Assembly (NCBI GenBank): GCA_963740355.1
Contig: CAVUDW010000003.1
Span: 1,984,001 to 2,048,000, forward strand
DNA: 64,000 nt
Direction: 5' to 3'
Source of the DNA: an uncultured Gemmatimonadaceae bacterium
GTDB lineage: Bacteria; Gemmatimonadota; Gemmatimonadetes; Gemmatimonadales; Gemmatimonadaceae
A program made the translations under genes and the position numbers. This document shows, in pieces, positions 19,381-29,348 of the stretch. The notes under the pieces were generated by a model, which did no database searches, was not told where the DNA came from, and saw only the letters and a program-made list of their open reading frames with translations. Within the stretch, counting starts at the first letter, position 1, and each line of letters opens with the position of its first letter.

Positions 19381-20531
19381 TTCCCATGACCGCCCTCCCA
19401 TCACCGCTACCGCCCGAAACGACGCCACAGGCCACGAAACGGCCCATGACGCGCCTGCTCGTTGGCGGCGCAGTCCTGATCGGCGCCACGGCGCTGATCG
19501 TCGCCACGCTGGCCTTCCGGCGACAGACCGGCAGCACCACCGACGCCACGGCGCGCGCCGCGGATGTCGCCCGCGGCCCTCGGGTGAAGCTCGTCACCGT
19601 CGACCAGTCACCCGCGACCCGACATCTCGCACTCCTCGGCGAAGCGCGGCCGTTCGCCTCCGTCACGCTCTACGCGAAGGTGAGCGGGTACCTGCGCGAC
19701 ATCCGGGTGGATCGTGGCGACCACGTTGCGGCCGGTGCGTTGCTGGCCACCATCGAGTCGCCGGAAACAGACCGCGCACTCGCTGGTGCCAAGGTCGACT
19801 ACGACAACAAGGTGCAGATCGCCCATCGCATCGCGCAGTTGCGAGCAAAGAACTTCGTGTCGCTGCAGGAGGCCGACCAGGCCGAAGCGGAAGCCTCGAT
19901 TGCGCGCGAACGGCTTGGCGGGCTTCAGGAACAACGCGCCTATCAACAATTGCGGGCTCCCTTCGCCGGCACCATCACGGCACGATTCGCCGATGCGGGC
20001 GCGTTGGTCCAGAGCGCTGCGACATCGCAGACGAGTGCCCTCCCCGTGGTCACCGTCTCGCAGACGAATCACCTGCGCGTGCTCGTGTACCTCGATCAGT
20101 CGGATGCGATCGATGTGCGCGCCGGCACGCCCGCGATCATCTCGCTCGATGAACGCCCAGACCTGCAACGGCGCACCCGCGTGGCGCGGGTGTCCGGTGA
20201 GCTGGATGCGAAGACGAGGAAGATGATGGCGGAACTCGACCTCGCAAATCTCGACGGTGCGATTGTGCCGGGCGGCTTCGTGCGCGTCCAGCTGGACGTG
20301 CCGCAGCGCACCCTGCCGCAGGCGCCGTCCGAGGCACTCGTCGTACGAAAGACCGGCACCTTCGTGGGTGTCGCCGGCACTGACGGCATCGTGCGCCTGC
20401 GTGCGGTGCGCGTCGCGACGAACGACGGCCAGCACGTCACCTTTGCGTCCGGCGTGAACGTGGGCGAACGTCTGGCCCTCAATCTTGGCGCCGGCACGGG
20501 CGACAGCCTCCGCGTCGTGGGTGTGCGCTGA
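19377..20531 (+). CDS. RND periplasmic adaptor (membrane fusion protein)
   Basis: N-terminal TM; LYAKVSGYL..VDRGDHV lipoyl motif; LRAPFAGTIT; PGGFVRV. Start 19377 or 19386. Confidence 0.9.
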   Translation: MIPMTALPSPLPPETTPQATKRPMTRLLVGGAVLIGATALIVATLAFRRQTGSTTDATARAADVARGPRVKLVTVDQSPATRHLALLGEARPFASVTLYAKVSGYLRDIRVDRGDHVAAGALLATIESPETDRALAGAKVDYDNKVQIAHRIAQLRAKNFVSLQEADQAEAEASIARERLGGLQEQRAYQQLRAPFAGTITARFADAGALVQSAATSQTSALPVVTVSQTNHLRVLVYLDQSDAIDVRAGTPAIISLDERPDLQRRTRVARVSGELDAKTRKMMAELDLANLDGAIVPGGFVRVQLDVPQRTLPQAPSEALVVRKTGTFVGVAGTDGIVRLRAVRVATNDGQHVTFASGVNVGERLALNLGAGTGDSLRVVGVR

Positions 20532-21968
20532 ATGCGTCGACACGACGACAATCGCCTGTTGATGCGGCTGGTCAGCTTGATGGTGGCAGCGTCTGCACTG
20601 ACGGTCACTGTGGGCGCGCAGACCGCCGGGATGCACCGCGCGGCACCACACGACACGTTGCAACTGGATTTGGAGCACGCAGTCAGCCGCGCCGTTGAAC
20701 GTGCGACGCCCGTGATCCTTGGCCGCGAAGGGGTGCAGCTCAGCGGGCGAGCCGTGCTGGAGTCGTACGGCCGCTTCCTGCCGGATGTCCGCGCCGGCGC
20801 CTCGGCGTATGCCGAAGGCGGGAGCCTCCTGCTCGGCGCCCGCGCCATTCAGGCGTCCGACGCTCGCTTCAGTGGTGCCGCATACGCGCTGTCCACCAGC
20901 GTCAATCTCTTCAACGGAATGCGCGACCGCGAGCACCTGCGCGCGGCGCTGCTGGAACGCGAAGGCGCTGCGGCCACCCTCGAGCAGGCACGCGCACAAG
21001 TTGCGCTCGATGTGACGCAGGCATTCTACCAGGTCGTACTCGATCGCCGTCTCGAGTCCGTCGCGCGCTCCACGCTCGAACTTTCGCAGACGCGCGAACG
21101 GCAGTTGCTGGAGCAGGTGCAAGCCGGCACGCGAGCGCCGCCCGACCTCTATCGACAGCAGGCGCAAACGAAGTTCGATGAAGCAGCTGTGATCGACGCC
21201 GCGAACCGAGTCCGCGCGGATGAAACGGCGCTGTTGCGGCGCCTGCGCGAATCGCCCCTCCGACCGCACCAGTTTCTCGATCCACCGGCCGATACGATCG
21301 CGATTCCCAAATCGGAACTCGATCCGGCGGTATTGCTGCAGCACGCGAAGGAATCACGGCCCGACCTTGGCGCTGCGCAGCGGCACGTCGCTGCGGACCT
21401 GCATGAGGAACGGGTAGTCGCCGGTGCTCGACTCCCTCGCATTGTGATGGGGCTCGATCTGGTCGGATCCGGGCGTGTCTTCGATCGACAGATCACCGGT
21501 GGCATCGACCAGCTCACGACTGCGCAACGGTCGCTCGCGTCGCAGCTCGGTCGGCAGGTGTACGCCGTCGGTTCAATCGGCGTGTCATGGGATGTGTTCG
21601 ACCGCTTCAAGAACCGGCTCGACACAGAGCGGGCGGCGGCCATCACGCTGCGCGATCGACTCGTCAGCGAGGATCTGGAATTACAGATTGAAGGCGAAAT
21701 CCAGCGCGCCGTCGACGACTACCAGGCGGCTACCGATCGATTGCGCGCCAGTGCGTCGGCGTTGCGCGCATCGGAAGAGGCGTTCGCGGCGGTTCAGGGA
21801 CGGTACGATGTCGGCCTTGCCACCTTCGTTGACGTGCTCACCGCGCAGACGGCACTGACACAGGCGAGGGCGCAGCGAGCGCAGGCCGTCACAGGCTTCT
21901 CGCTACAGAAGGCGGTACTTTCGTACGTGTCGGGCACGCCGCCACGCCTATCGAGTGCTCGGCCGTGA
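20532..21968 (+). CDS. TolC-family outer membrane factor
   Basis: Signal peptide, long helical repeats, RYDVGLATFVDVLTAQ; starts directly after the MFP stop. Confidence 0.9.
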   Translation: MRRHDDNRLLMRLVSLMVAASALTVTVGAQTAGMHRAAPHDTLQLDLEHAVSRAVERATPVILGREGVQLSGRAVLESYGRFLPDVRAGASAYAEGGSLLLGARAIQASDARFSGAAYALSTSVNLFNGMRDREHLRAALLEREGAAATLEQARAQVALDVTQAFYQVVLDRRLESVARSTLELSQTRERQLLEQVQAGTRAPPDLYRQQAQTKFDEAAVIDAANRVRADETALLRRLRESPLRPHQFLDPPADTIAIPKSELDPAVLLQHAKESRPDLGAAQRHVAADLHEERVVAGARLPRIVMGLDLVGSGRVFDRQITGGIDQLTTAQRSLASQLGRQVYAVGSIGVSWDVFDRFKNRLDTERAAAITLRDRLVSEDLELQIEGEIQRAVDDYQAATDRLRASASALRASEEAFAAVQGRYDVGLATFVDVLTAQTALTQARAQRAQAVTGFSLQKAVLSYVSGTPPRLSSARP

Positions 21969-21992
21969 TCAGGTGATCGATCGCGCTTGAGA

Positions 21993-22517
21993 TCAGGCGC
22001 TTCGTGCAACTTCAGTCGCATCTGCCACCACGGCGCGCCTCAGCAACGCGGTACCCACGCCAAGGCAGCCAAGCCCGATCACCCACCCACCCGCCACATC
22101 GCCCGGGTAGTGCACGCCGAGCGCCACTCGGCTGACACCGATGGCGAGTACGGCCGTGACCGCACCCACCAGCACGACCCAGCGGATCGGTCGCGCGAGC
22201 GACCAGACCAGCCACACGACCAACGTCAGCGTCCCGTAGCCAATGGTGGCACCCATGGCATGGCCGCTCGGGAAACTCCAGCTGTGGCTGCCCAGCACCA
22301 GTTCAGCGCCGGGTGGACGTGGTCGATGCACGAGCTCCTTCAGCACGACGTTCAGCAGGCCGCCGCCGGCATCGATGAGCAAGCAGGCGAGCGCCGAGCG
22401 CCAGCGCTGCTGCAGCAGGAGCACCACGATCAGGACGAGGCACAGCCCCGCCATGGCTGCGGGACCGCCGAGCAGGCTGACGAATTTCCAGTCGTCGGTG
22501 CTGATGGAGCGGAGCAT
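21993..22517 (-). CDS. PAP2-family phosphatase (possibly N-terminally short)
   Basis: KELVHRPRP, SFPSGHA, SRVALGVHYPGDVAGG. Confidence 0.85.
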   Translation of the reverse strand: MLRSISTDDWKFVSLLGGPAAMAGLCLVLIVVLLLQQRWRSALACLLIDAGGGLLNVVLKELVHRPRPPGAELVLGSHSWSFPSGHAMGATIGYGTLTLVVWLVWSLARPIRWVVLVGAVTAVLAIGVSRVALGVHYPGDVAGGWVIGLGCLGVGTALLRRAVVADATEVARSA

Positions 22518-22587
22518 CCGTCAAGATAGCGGGCCGAGCCGCCAGCAACGGACGGCAAGCATTACCGCTGCATGCTGGCCTGCGCCC

Positions 22588-23100
22588 TCAGCGCGTTGGC
22601 GGGCCGAGCGGGCTCGGTGTGCAGCCGTCGCGCTGTACCGTGTAGACGATGCTGCTGATGCGCCATTCACCCTTCGCGCGCACGAGTGTGAACACATCCG
22701 TGCCGCAATGCGAGAACTTGCCGTCGATGTGGAAATCGTAGGGCGTGTGCACCTCGGCCAGCGAGCCATGCAGCAGCACGGTCGGCGACCACATGCGCTC
22801 CAGCAACGCTTCTTTCCCGTTCGGCAACGTGCGGTAAAAGGTGGTGTCGGCCTGCACACGCGGCGATGCAGTCGGGCCAGCGGGGTCTATCACGGCCAGC
22901 AGCTGAGCGCCCGGCAGAAATACCGTGCGCGCCAGTGCCGTGTCGCGCGTGCTGATGGCGCGAAGTGCAGTCTGTGCGACGCGTACGACGGTCGCGCTGT
23001 CTGCGCTTTGCGCTCCGAGTCTTTCAACGTCGGCGAAGACCACGGCGCAGACGACGACACACATTGTAAAGAACGATCGAGTCGCGTCAGCGGTACGCAT
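22588..23100 (-). CDS. Exported NTF2/SnoaL-like protein
   Basis: C-terminal part of ORF 22588..24018: signal-like N-terminus, ERMWSPTV..GSLAEVHTPYDFHIDGKFSHCGTDVFTLVRAKGEWRISSIVY. Confidence 0.75.
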   Translation of the reverse strand: MRTADATRSFFTMCVVVCAVVFADVERLGAQSADSATVVRVAQTALRAISTRDTALARTVFLPGAQLLAVIDPAGPTASPRVQADTTFYRTLPNGKEALLERMWSPTVLLHGSLAEVHTPYDFHIDGKFSHCGTDVFTLVRAKGEWRISSIVYTVQRDGCTPSPLGPPTR

Positions 23101-23187
23101 ACGGTGCGTGGTTGGAGAGTGATTCGCCTGTGACATTCCCACGAACTCGCCGTGGCGCCGTGCCGGCGATGGAATTCTACACTCCCT

Positions 23188-23228
23188 CACGCGGAGCCGC
23201 GGGGGACGCGGAGTCGCGGAGAACAGCA
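23188..23228. repeat. Short CGCGGAG-type intergenic repeat
   Basis: CACGCGGAGCCGCGGGGGACGCGGAGTCGCGGAGAACAGCA; resembles CGCAGAG...CGCAGAGAACTGCA at about 39590-39627. Confidence 0.45.
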
Positions 23229-23445
23229 TGGGACGCCGGTGGCGGTATTGACCGGGTTGAGGGGTGAGGACTGGACCCGTTCGATGGATAGGAGCTCCGC
23301 CGTAGCAACGTCCATTTGAATGCGAGCGTAGGTTGAGGGAAATCGCCGATCGACGCCGATCGCGAGCCACCGAAGCCACTCCCGCACGACGGCGTCGGCT
23401 GGCATTGAGCTTCCCCGCGCCCTGCGCGATCACCCGGGTGGAGAC

Positions 23446-25032
23446 GTGAACGAAGAACGCTTCGTTGGATCGCAGGACAACGGCAATGGCGACAGCAGCA
23501 ACGCCGACAGCAGCAACGTCGACAGCGAGATCACACGGCGCGACTTCTTCGCCGGTGCGCTGGCGGGTGCCGCTGCCCTCGGGCTGAGCAGCGTGCCGGC
23601 GTTGGCGATGGACGGGCCGGATCAGGATGCCGTCGTGGCGCAGATCGCCAAGCAACACGACGCGACGGTGAAGATGCTGCAGGAGTGGATCGCCCTGCCC
23701 TCGATCGCAGCTGAGAATCGCAACTACCCGCAGGGCGCCGAATACATGGCGCAGCTGGCACGCAACGCCGGATTCCAGCGTGTGGATATCGTGCCGACCA
23801 GCGGCAAGCCCGGTGTCTTTGCGACCTATGACGTTGGCGCCGCGACGACGCTCGCGGTCTACTTCATGTACGACGTGAAGCAGTACGACGCCACCGAATG
23901 GAGCTCGCCACCGCTCGAAGGTCGTCTCGTCGATCGACCGGGCGTGGGGAAGATCTGCGTCGGGCGCGGCGCCACCAACACCAAGGGTCCGCAGACGGCA
24001 TTCCTTGCGGCACTGCATGCGTTCAAGGCCACGGGCAAGAAACTTCCCGTCAACATCGTTCTCGTCTGCGAGGGGGAAGAGGAGATCGGCTCACCGAACT
24101 TCTCACAGATCGTCTTCAAGCCGGAAGTCGAAGCCGCACTCCGCAAGTGTGTCGGCATCATCATCCCACTCGGCAGCCAGTCGCTGGATGGCGCCGTCGA
24201 GATCAATCTCGGCGCAAAGGGCATGGCGGAACTCGAACTCGTCTCGACCGGCGAGAAGTGGGGACGCGGCCCGAAGCTGGACGTGCATTCCAGCTACGAA
24301 GCACAGCTCGACAGCCCGACCTGGCATCTGGTGCAGGCCCTCAACACGCTGGTCAAGGCCGACGGTCACACACCGGCCGTGGAAGGATTTTTCGACAAGG
24401 TGCGGCCACTCACCGCAGTCCAGCAGCGCATTCTCGAGGACGCGGTGCCGAAGAAGAGTGAAGCGGGTGCCAAGCGCGGACTTGGTGTGGAACGCTGGTT
24501 CAACGATGAAAACTGGCACGACGCGCTGGTCCGCCTGGTGACGCAACCGACGATCAACATCGAAGGCCTCGTGGCAGGCTACACCGGGCCTGGTGGCAAG
24601 ACCATTCTGCCGCATCGCGCGGTGGCCAAGATCGACATGCGGCTGGTGCCGGACATGACGATGAAGGGCACCGTCGAGCTGCTCAAGGCACACCTCGCCA
24701 AGCATGGCTTTGGCGACATCGAGGTGAATGTGAGCGGCGGGTACGATCCGACCGAGACCGATCCGGAATCGAAATTGATCAAGGCCCAGATCGCGACCTA
24801 CAGGAAGTCGGGTGTGGATCCTCTGCTCTGGCCACGCCTTGCCGGTTCCTGGCCCGGCGTGACGTTCACTGGTGCACCGCTGCGGCTCGCGGCCGGCCAA
24901 TTTGGCCTTGGCCACGGTTCAGGCGCCCATGCGCCGGACGAATATTTCCTGATCGAGGCTGCCAATCCCAGGGTGGCCGGCCTCGACGGCGCGGTGAAGT
25001 CGTACGTCGACTTCCTCTACGCCTTGGCCTGA
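23446..25032 (+). CDS. Tat-exported M20/M25/M40-family metallopeptidase with atypical metal ligands
   Basis: TRRDFFAGALAG Tat motif; YFMYDVK, GRGATNTKG, EGEEEIGS, VHSS, AHAPDEY. Confidence 0.85.
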   Translation: MNEERFVGSQDNGNGDSSNADSSNVDSEITRRDFFAGALAGAAALGLSSVPALAMDGPDQDAVVAQIAKQHDATVKMLQEWIALPSIAAENRNYPQGAEYMAQLARNAGFQRVDIVPTSGKPGVFATYDVGAATTLAVYFMYDVKQYDATEWSSPPLEGRLVDRPGVGKICVGRGATNTKGPQTAFLAALHAFKATGKKLPVNIVLVCEGEEEIGSPNFSQIVFKPEVEAALRKCVGIIIPLGSQSLDGAVEINLGAKGMAELELVSTGEKWGRGPKLDVHSSYEAQLDSPTWHLVQALNTLVKADGHTPAVEGFFDKVRPLTAVQQRILEDAVPKKSEAGAKRGLGVERWFNDENWHDALVRLVTQPTINIEGLVAGYTGPGGKTILPHRAVAKIDMRLVPDMTMKGTVELLKAHLAKHGFGDIEVNVSGGYDPTETDPESKLIKAQIATYRKSGVDPLLWPRLAGSWPGVTFTGAPLRLAAGQFGLGHGSGAHAPDEYFLIEAANPRVAGLDGAVKSYVDFLYALA

Positions 25033-25219
25033 TCAGCGAGGCCGAGTTTCTCGTGGGCCCGCTGCGTTCGCGCCGCGGGCCCACGAGTCGTTTGCAGGGG
25101 CTGCTCGCCGAGAAGCGGGTCTCACCTCTCGACGCCGCGCACCACGCTGCAACGATGCCAGCCTTGCGCGTGTACGCCACAGTGTAGCTCGTCGCGACCT
25201 GCCACTGCCCCGCCCCCCT

Positions 25220-26689
25220 GTGACCGCCGCTCCGCCTTTCGATCCGCACGGCCTCGAACCGCTTCGCGATGACCCGGCACTCCGTGCACTTGGGCTCGTT
25301 GTCGAGGATGTGTTGGGTGAGGGCGGCAGCGCCATCGTCTACCGGGCGCGCGACGAGCGGCATGGACGAGACGTGGCCATCAAGGTGCTGCGCCACTCCG
25401 TCGGCCTCGAGCGCGCCAGCGAGCGATTCTCGCAGGAGATTCGCGTCGCTGGCCGACTGCGCCATCCACATATCCTCCCCCTCTTCGATTCCGGCACGCT
25501 TCGCGACGGTCGACGCTTTTCCGTGATGCCGGTGGCGCATGGCCGCCCGCTCAGTGCACTGATTGCCGACGGCCCGCTGCCTGTGGACGAGGCGGTGCGA
25601 TACGCCCGCGAGATCGCCGAAGCGCTCGCCCATCTGCACGACAGCGGCTACGTGCACCGCGACGTGAAGCCCGACAACGTGCTGATCGAAGCCGGGCATG
25701 CGGTGCTCACCGACTTCGGCCTCGCAACGCCCGCTGGCACGCGTCCCGTGCCGGCGCGCAGCGACACCGATCAGCACTCACACGTGCGCGAGTACATCCC
25801 CGGTCGCTTCACGGCGGTTGGGCGCGTGGTCGGCACGCCACGCTACATGAGTCCGGAGGCATTGCTCGGCGACGCCGCGCTCGATGGACGGACTGATCTC
25901 TACGCACTGGGCGTCGTGCTGTACGAGATGCTCACGGGAGAATTGCCCTTTGGTGTGGTGTCACCGGAGCAGCAGCTCTCGCGCATGCTCCACGAGTCCG
26001 TTCCAGAGATCAATGTGCGGCGCGCAGACGTGCCGTCCGAGGTCGATGATGTGATCGCGCGCGCGACGGCACGGAATGTCGAGGAACGCTTTTCGAGTGC
26101 GGTGGAGATGGCGGAGCGACTGGCAGCGCTGGCCATCGCGTCCGGTACGCCGGGGAGTCGGTTGATCGCTCGCACCAGGCAGCGTCGCTGGATCGGTGTG
26201 ACGGCGGCGCTCGTTGCCGCCTTGGTGGCGTCGCTCGTCTGGTCGCGAAGTGCGGATACCCTCACGCTCGACCCGCGGCGCATCGTCGTCGCCGACCTCG
26301 CGAATGACACCGGCGACAGCACGCTGACGGGCGTCGGTGTGCTGGCCGGCGACATCATCGCGGCCGACCTGACGGCGGATCCCCGCCTGACGGTCGTGAA
26401 CGCCACCGTCGCGCTCCCGTCGCACCTGCAGGTCAACCTGCCGTCCGCCGACTCGACACTCACCCGCAAGACCCGCGACCTCGTGCGCGCCACTCGAGCG
26501 GGGATTGCGATCACCGGCGCCTATTTTCGAACCGGACGCCGGCTGCAGGTGGTGGTCGAGGTGACCGACACCCGTTCGGATCGCGTACTGGGCGTGGCCG
26601 GACCGGTCGAGACGACCGCCGATCGGCCCGACTCGTCGCTGCGCGTACTCGGCGACAGCGTGATGGCGATCCTGCACCGCCGTAGCTGA
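25220..26689 (+). CDS. Hanks-type Ser/Thr protein kinase with TM helix and short extracellular domain
   Basis: LGEGGSAIVY, VAIKVL, HRDVKPDN, DFG, GTPRYMSPE, DLYALG. Confidence 0.9.
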   Translation: MTAAPPFDPHGLEPLRDDPALRALGLVVEDVLGEGGSAIVYRARDERHGRDVAIKVLRHSVGLERASERFSQEIRVAGRLRHPHILPLFDSGTLRDGRRFSVMPVAHGRPLSALIADGPLPVDEAVRYAREIAEALAHLHDSGYVHRDVKPDNVLIEAGHAVLTDFGLATPAGTRPVPARSDTDQHSHVREYIPGRFTAVGRVVGTPRYMSPEALLGDAALDGRTDLYALGVVLYEMLTGELPFGVVSPEQQLSRMLHESVPEINVRRADVPSEVDDVIARATARNVEERFSSAVEMAERLAALAIASGTPGSRLIARTRQRRWIGVTAALVAALVASLVWSRSADTLTLDPRRIVVADLANDTGDSTLTGVGVLAGDIIAADLTADPRLTVVNATVALPSHLQVNLPSADSTLTRKTRDLVRATRAGIAITGAYFRTGRRLQVVVEVTDTRSDRVLGVAGPVETTADRPDSSLRVLGDSVMAILHRRS

Positions 26690-26884
26690 GTTTCGGGTAT
26701 CGTCTGTGCCGGGACGGCGCGGTGGCCAGGAAACGCGGCGCTCGACGCGCGTGTCTGATCGGAACCGGGGCACGTCGGGACGCGTAGTTGGCTCAATGCA
26801 CACGGCGAGTCGAAGGCCACGGCCTGCCACGGCCGCGCGCATCGCACCACTTTCACCGCACCATTTTTCACGCCCAGAGGCCCG

Positions 26885-28690
26885 ATGCGCGTTGCGCAAA
26901 CCGCTGTAGAAGCCCGTTCGAGATTCACCCCTGCTGCTGTTGCCATTGCCGCTGGTGCGGCTGCGGCCGCCGTGTTGCTGCTTTTCCCGGTTGCCTTGCA
27001 GGCGCAGGGACCGAAGGCCGCCACGCAGCCGCCGGCGCGCACCACGAAGACATCGCTGCCGCTCAAGTTCGTTGGTCCACCGACGACAGGGCCCATTTTG
27101 GCACGTGACCTGATGTCGCGCCTGTATCGCTTCGCCGATGACTCGATGATGGGACGTCTGGCCGGCACGCCGTGGAACGACAAGGGCACTGATTTCATCG
27201 CCAGTGAGCTGAAGCGACTTGGCCTCGAGCCGGCCGGCGAAAACGGGACCTATTTCCAGTCGGCGCTCAACAAGCGCGAAGTCTCGTCCGAAACCTCGCT
27301 GCGCGTTGGTGGCACAAGCTTCCAGGTCTGGAAGGATTTCGCCCCGCGTGACCAGGGCGTGATGCCACGTCCGCTGGGCGGTGCAGTGGCGATCTATGGC
27401 GGAACCTTCGGCGATACCGCGTCCTACCTGCCAGTGAGCGACGCGGCGGGCAAGGTCGTCGTCGTGCGCACCGGTCGCGGTCCGAACGGCTTGCCGGATC
27501 ACAACCTGATCAACCGCGTGGTGCTCACGCGTCGCTACATGAATGCCGCGGCCATCGCCGTGGTGAGCGTCGACTACATGCCTGCCGGATACATCGAGGC
27601 GACGTACCAGCAGTCGAACGTGATTCCGAAGCAGGAGCAGGACACCACACGCATTCCCGCCTACATGTACATCAACCGTGCCATCGCCAAGGCGATGCTC
27701 GGTGTGGACGTGGATTCGGCGACGACCGGAAAGGTCGGCGTACCTGTTGAAGGTGAACTGAAGATCAGTGAAGTCACCGCACCGGGGCGCAATGTGATTG
27801 CGATCCTGCGCGGCTCTGATCCTGCTCTGCGCGGTCAATATGTGGCGATCGGCGCACACAACGATCATGTCGGCTTCTCGCAGGAGCCAGCTGATCATGA
27901 CTCGGTGTATGCCTTCATGCACATCGCGGCGCCGCAAGGCGCAGACAATGCACCGCCGAAGCCATCGGCAGCGGATTGGGTGCGCATCAATGCGATGAAG
28001 GACTCGCTGCGCGCGGCGCACGGCGCACGTGCCGACTCGATTTACAATGGCGCTGACGACGATGGCTCGGGCTCGATGAGTGTGCTCGAAATCGCCGAGC
28101 GGTTCGCGACCACGAAGACGAAGCCGAAGCGTTCGATCCTCTTCATCTGGCACGTGGCAGAGGAGCTCGGATTGTTCGGCTCTGAATATTTCACCGATCA
28201 CCCCACGGTGCCGCGTGACTCGATCGTGGCGGAACTGAACATGGACATGGTGGGTCGCGGTGGTGCGAACGACTTCACTGGCCAGACGAAGGACGGCAAG
28301 GCGATTCACGGCGGTGCAGGCTATGTGCAGCTGGTGGGAGCACGGCGCTTGTCGACCGAGTTGGGTGATCTCGTCGAACGCACCAACACGACCAACCATC
28401 TTGGCCTGCGATTCGACTACAGCCTCGATGCCGACGGACATCCGCAGAACATCTACTGCCGCAGCGATCACTATGAGTACGCTCGGTATGGCATTCCGAT
28501 CGTCTTCTTCACCACTGGTGGCCATGCCGACTATCACCAGGTGACGGACGAGCCGCAGTACATCGACTACGACCGGATGACGCAGATCTCGAAGCTGGTG
28601 CACGCATCGGCATTGAACGTGGCGAACCTCAACCACCGCGTGGTGGTGGACAAGCCGAAGCCGGATCCGCGGGGGCAGTGCCGGCAGTAG
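26885..28690 (+). CDS. Exported M28-family aminopeptidase
   Basis: GAHNDH, NGADDDGSG, AEELGLFGS, NMDMVGR, RSDH, DYHQVTDE. Confidence 0.9.
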   Translation: MRVAQTAVEARSRFTPAAVAIAAGAAAAAVLLLFPVALQAQGPKAATQPPARTTKTSLPLKFVGPPTTGPILARDLMSRLYRFADDSMMGRLAGTPWNDKGTDFIASELKRLGLEPAGENGTYFQSALNKREVSSETSLRVGGTSFQVWKDFAPRDQGVMPRPLGGAVAIYGGTFGDTASYLPVSDAAGKVVVVRTGRGPNGLPDHNLINRVVLTRRYMNAAAIAVVSVDYMPAGYIEATYQQSNVIPKQEQDTTRIPAYMYINRAIAKAMLGVDVDSATTGKVGVPVEGELKISEVTAPGRNVIAILRGSDPALRGQYVAIGAHNDHVGFSQEPADHDSVYAFMHIAAPQGADNAPPKPSAADWVRINAMKDSLRAAHGARADSIYNGADDDGSGSMSVLEIAERFATTKTKPKRSILFIWHVAEELGLFGSEYFTDHPTVPRDSIVAELNMDMVGRGGANDFTGQTKDGKAIHGGAGYVQLVGARRLSTELGDLVERTNTTNHLGLRFDYSLDADGHPQNIYCRSDHYEYARYGIPIVFFTTGGHADYHQVTDEPQYIDYDRMTQISKLVHASALNVANLNHRVVVDKPKPDPRGQCRQ

Positions 28691-28719
28691 CCACCGGGTG
28701 GGTGTGCCAGTGACCTGAG

Positions 28720-28753
28720 AGCGGGCGAGATCACAGTGATCTCGCCCGCTTTT
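28720..28753 (+). terminator. Rho-independent terminator after the M28 gene
   Basis: AGCGGGCGAGATCAC-A-GTGATCTCGCCCGCT perfect inverted repeat followed by a short T run. Confidence 0.7.
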
Positions 28754-28772
28754 CGCGACCGTCAGAGATTGG

Positions 28773-29102
28773 GGGCGAGGCGGGGACACTGTATTCAGTG
28801 TCCCCGCCGGCAGTCAGCGGCGTTTCGACGAGACGTACGAGACATCCTTCTGCCGGAGATTGGGGACACCGAATACGGTGTCCCCAATCGAAAAGGGCGA
28901 GGCGGGGACACTGTATTCAGTGTCCCCGCCGGCAGTCAGCGGAGTTTCGACGAGACGTACGAGGCGTCGTTCTGCCGGAGATTGGGGACACCGAATACGG
29001 TGTCCCCAATCGAAAAGGACGACGTGGGGACACTGGGAGATTGGGGACACCGTATTCGGTGTCCCCAATCGAGGTGGGAGCACTGTCTTCAGCGTCCCCA
29101 CC
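28773..29102. repeat. REPIN/BIME-like array, family B (122-bp period)
   Basis: Two tandem units starting 28773 and 28895, each with GGGGACACTG-TATT-CAGTGTCCCC, a linker and GGGGACACCG-AATA-CGGTGTCCCC, then a further palindrome and degenerate copies. Confidence 0.9.
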
Positions 29103-29348
29103 GGCACTGTATCCTCCGCTGCCGCAACGACTTACTGGCAGCGTGCGATCCTGCCAGCAGCGCCGACTCGAAGCGCACTGAGGCGTGACGTATCAGCGGT
29201 CCAGCTCGTCTGGAGACTGTCGCACCTGACCCCACCCGGATCAGGTGTGATCGGTTCATGGCGGGGTCCGCGCAGGCGTGGCCAGCAGGGGCTTTGAGCG
29301 AGAGTGCCCGCCGGGTGTTCGACCGCGTTGCCAACACCTGCAAAGCCC

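Noticed and set aside
22518..22580. TGA read-through (selenocysteine) extending the PAP2 gene upstream
   Set aside because: The in-frame TGA at 22521-22523 is not at a catalytic Cys position, no SECIS-like hairpin is evident and the upstream peptide is not convincingly homologous.
23491..23526. 15-bp tandem repeat (GACAGCAGCAACGYC) at the M20 N-terminus as a phase-variation tract
   Set aside because: In-frame, only about two and a half copies, in a low-complexity stretch before the Tat motif.
25961..28789. 942-aa minus-strand ORF and similar long shadow ORFs (e.g. 19608..21344, 59923..61203)
   Set aside because: They are antisense to well-supported genes and have no recognisable motifs; expected in GC-rich DNA.
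28773..29102. CRISPR array
   Set aside because: The sequences between palindromes are near-identical copies rather than unique spacers, orientation alternates, and no cas genes are present.
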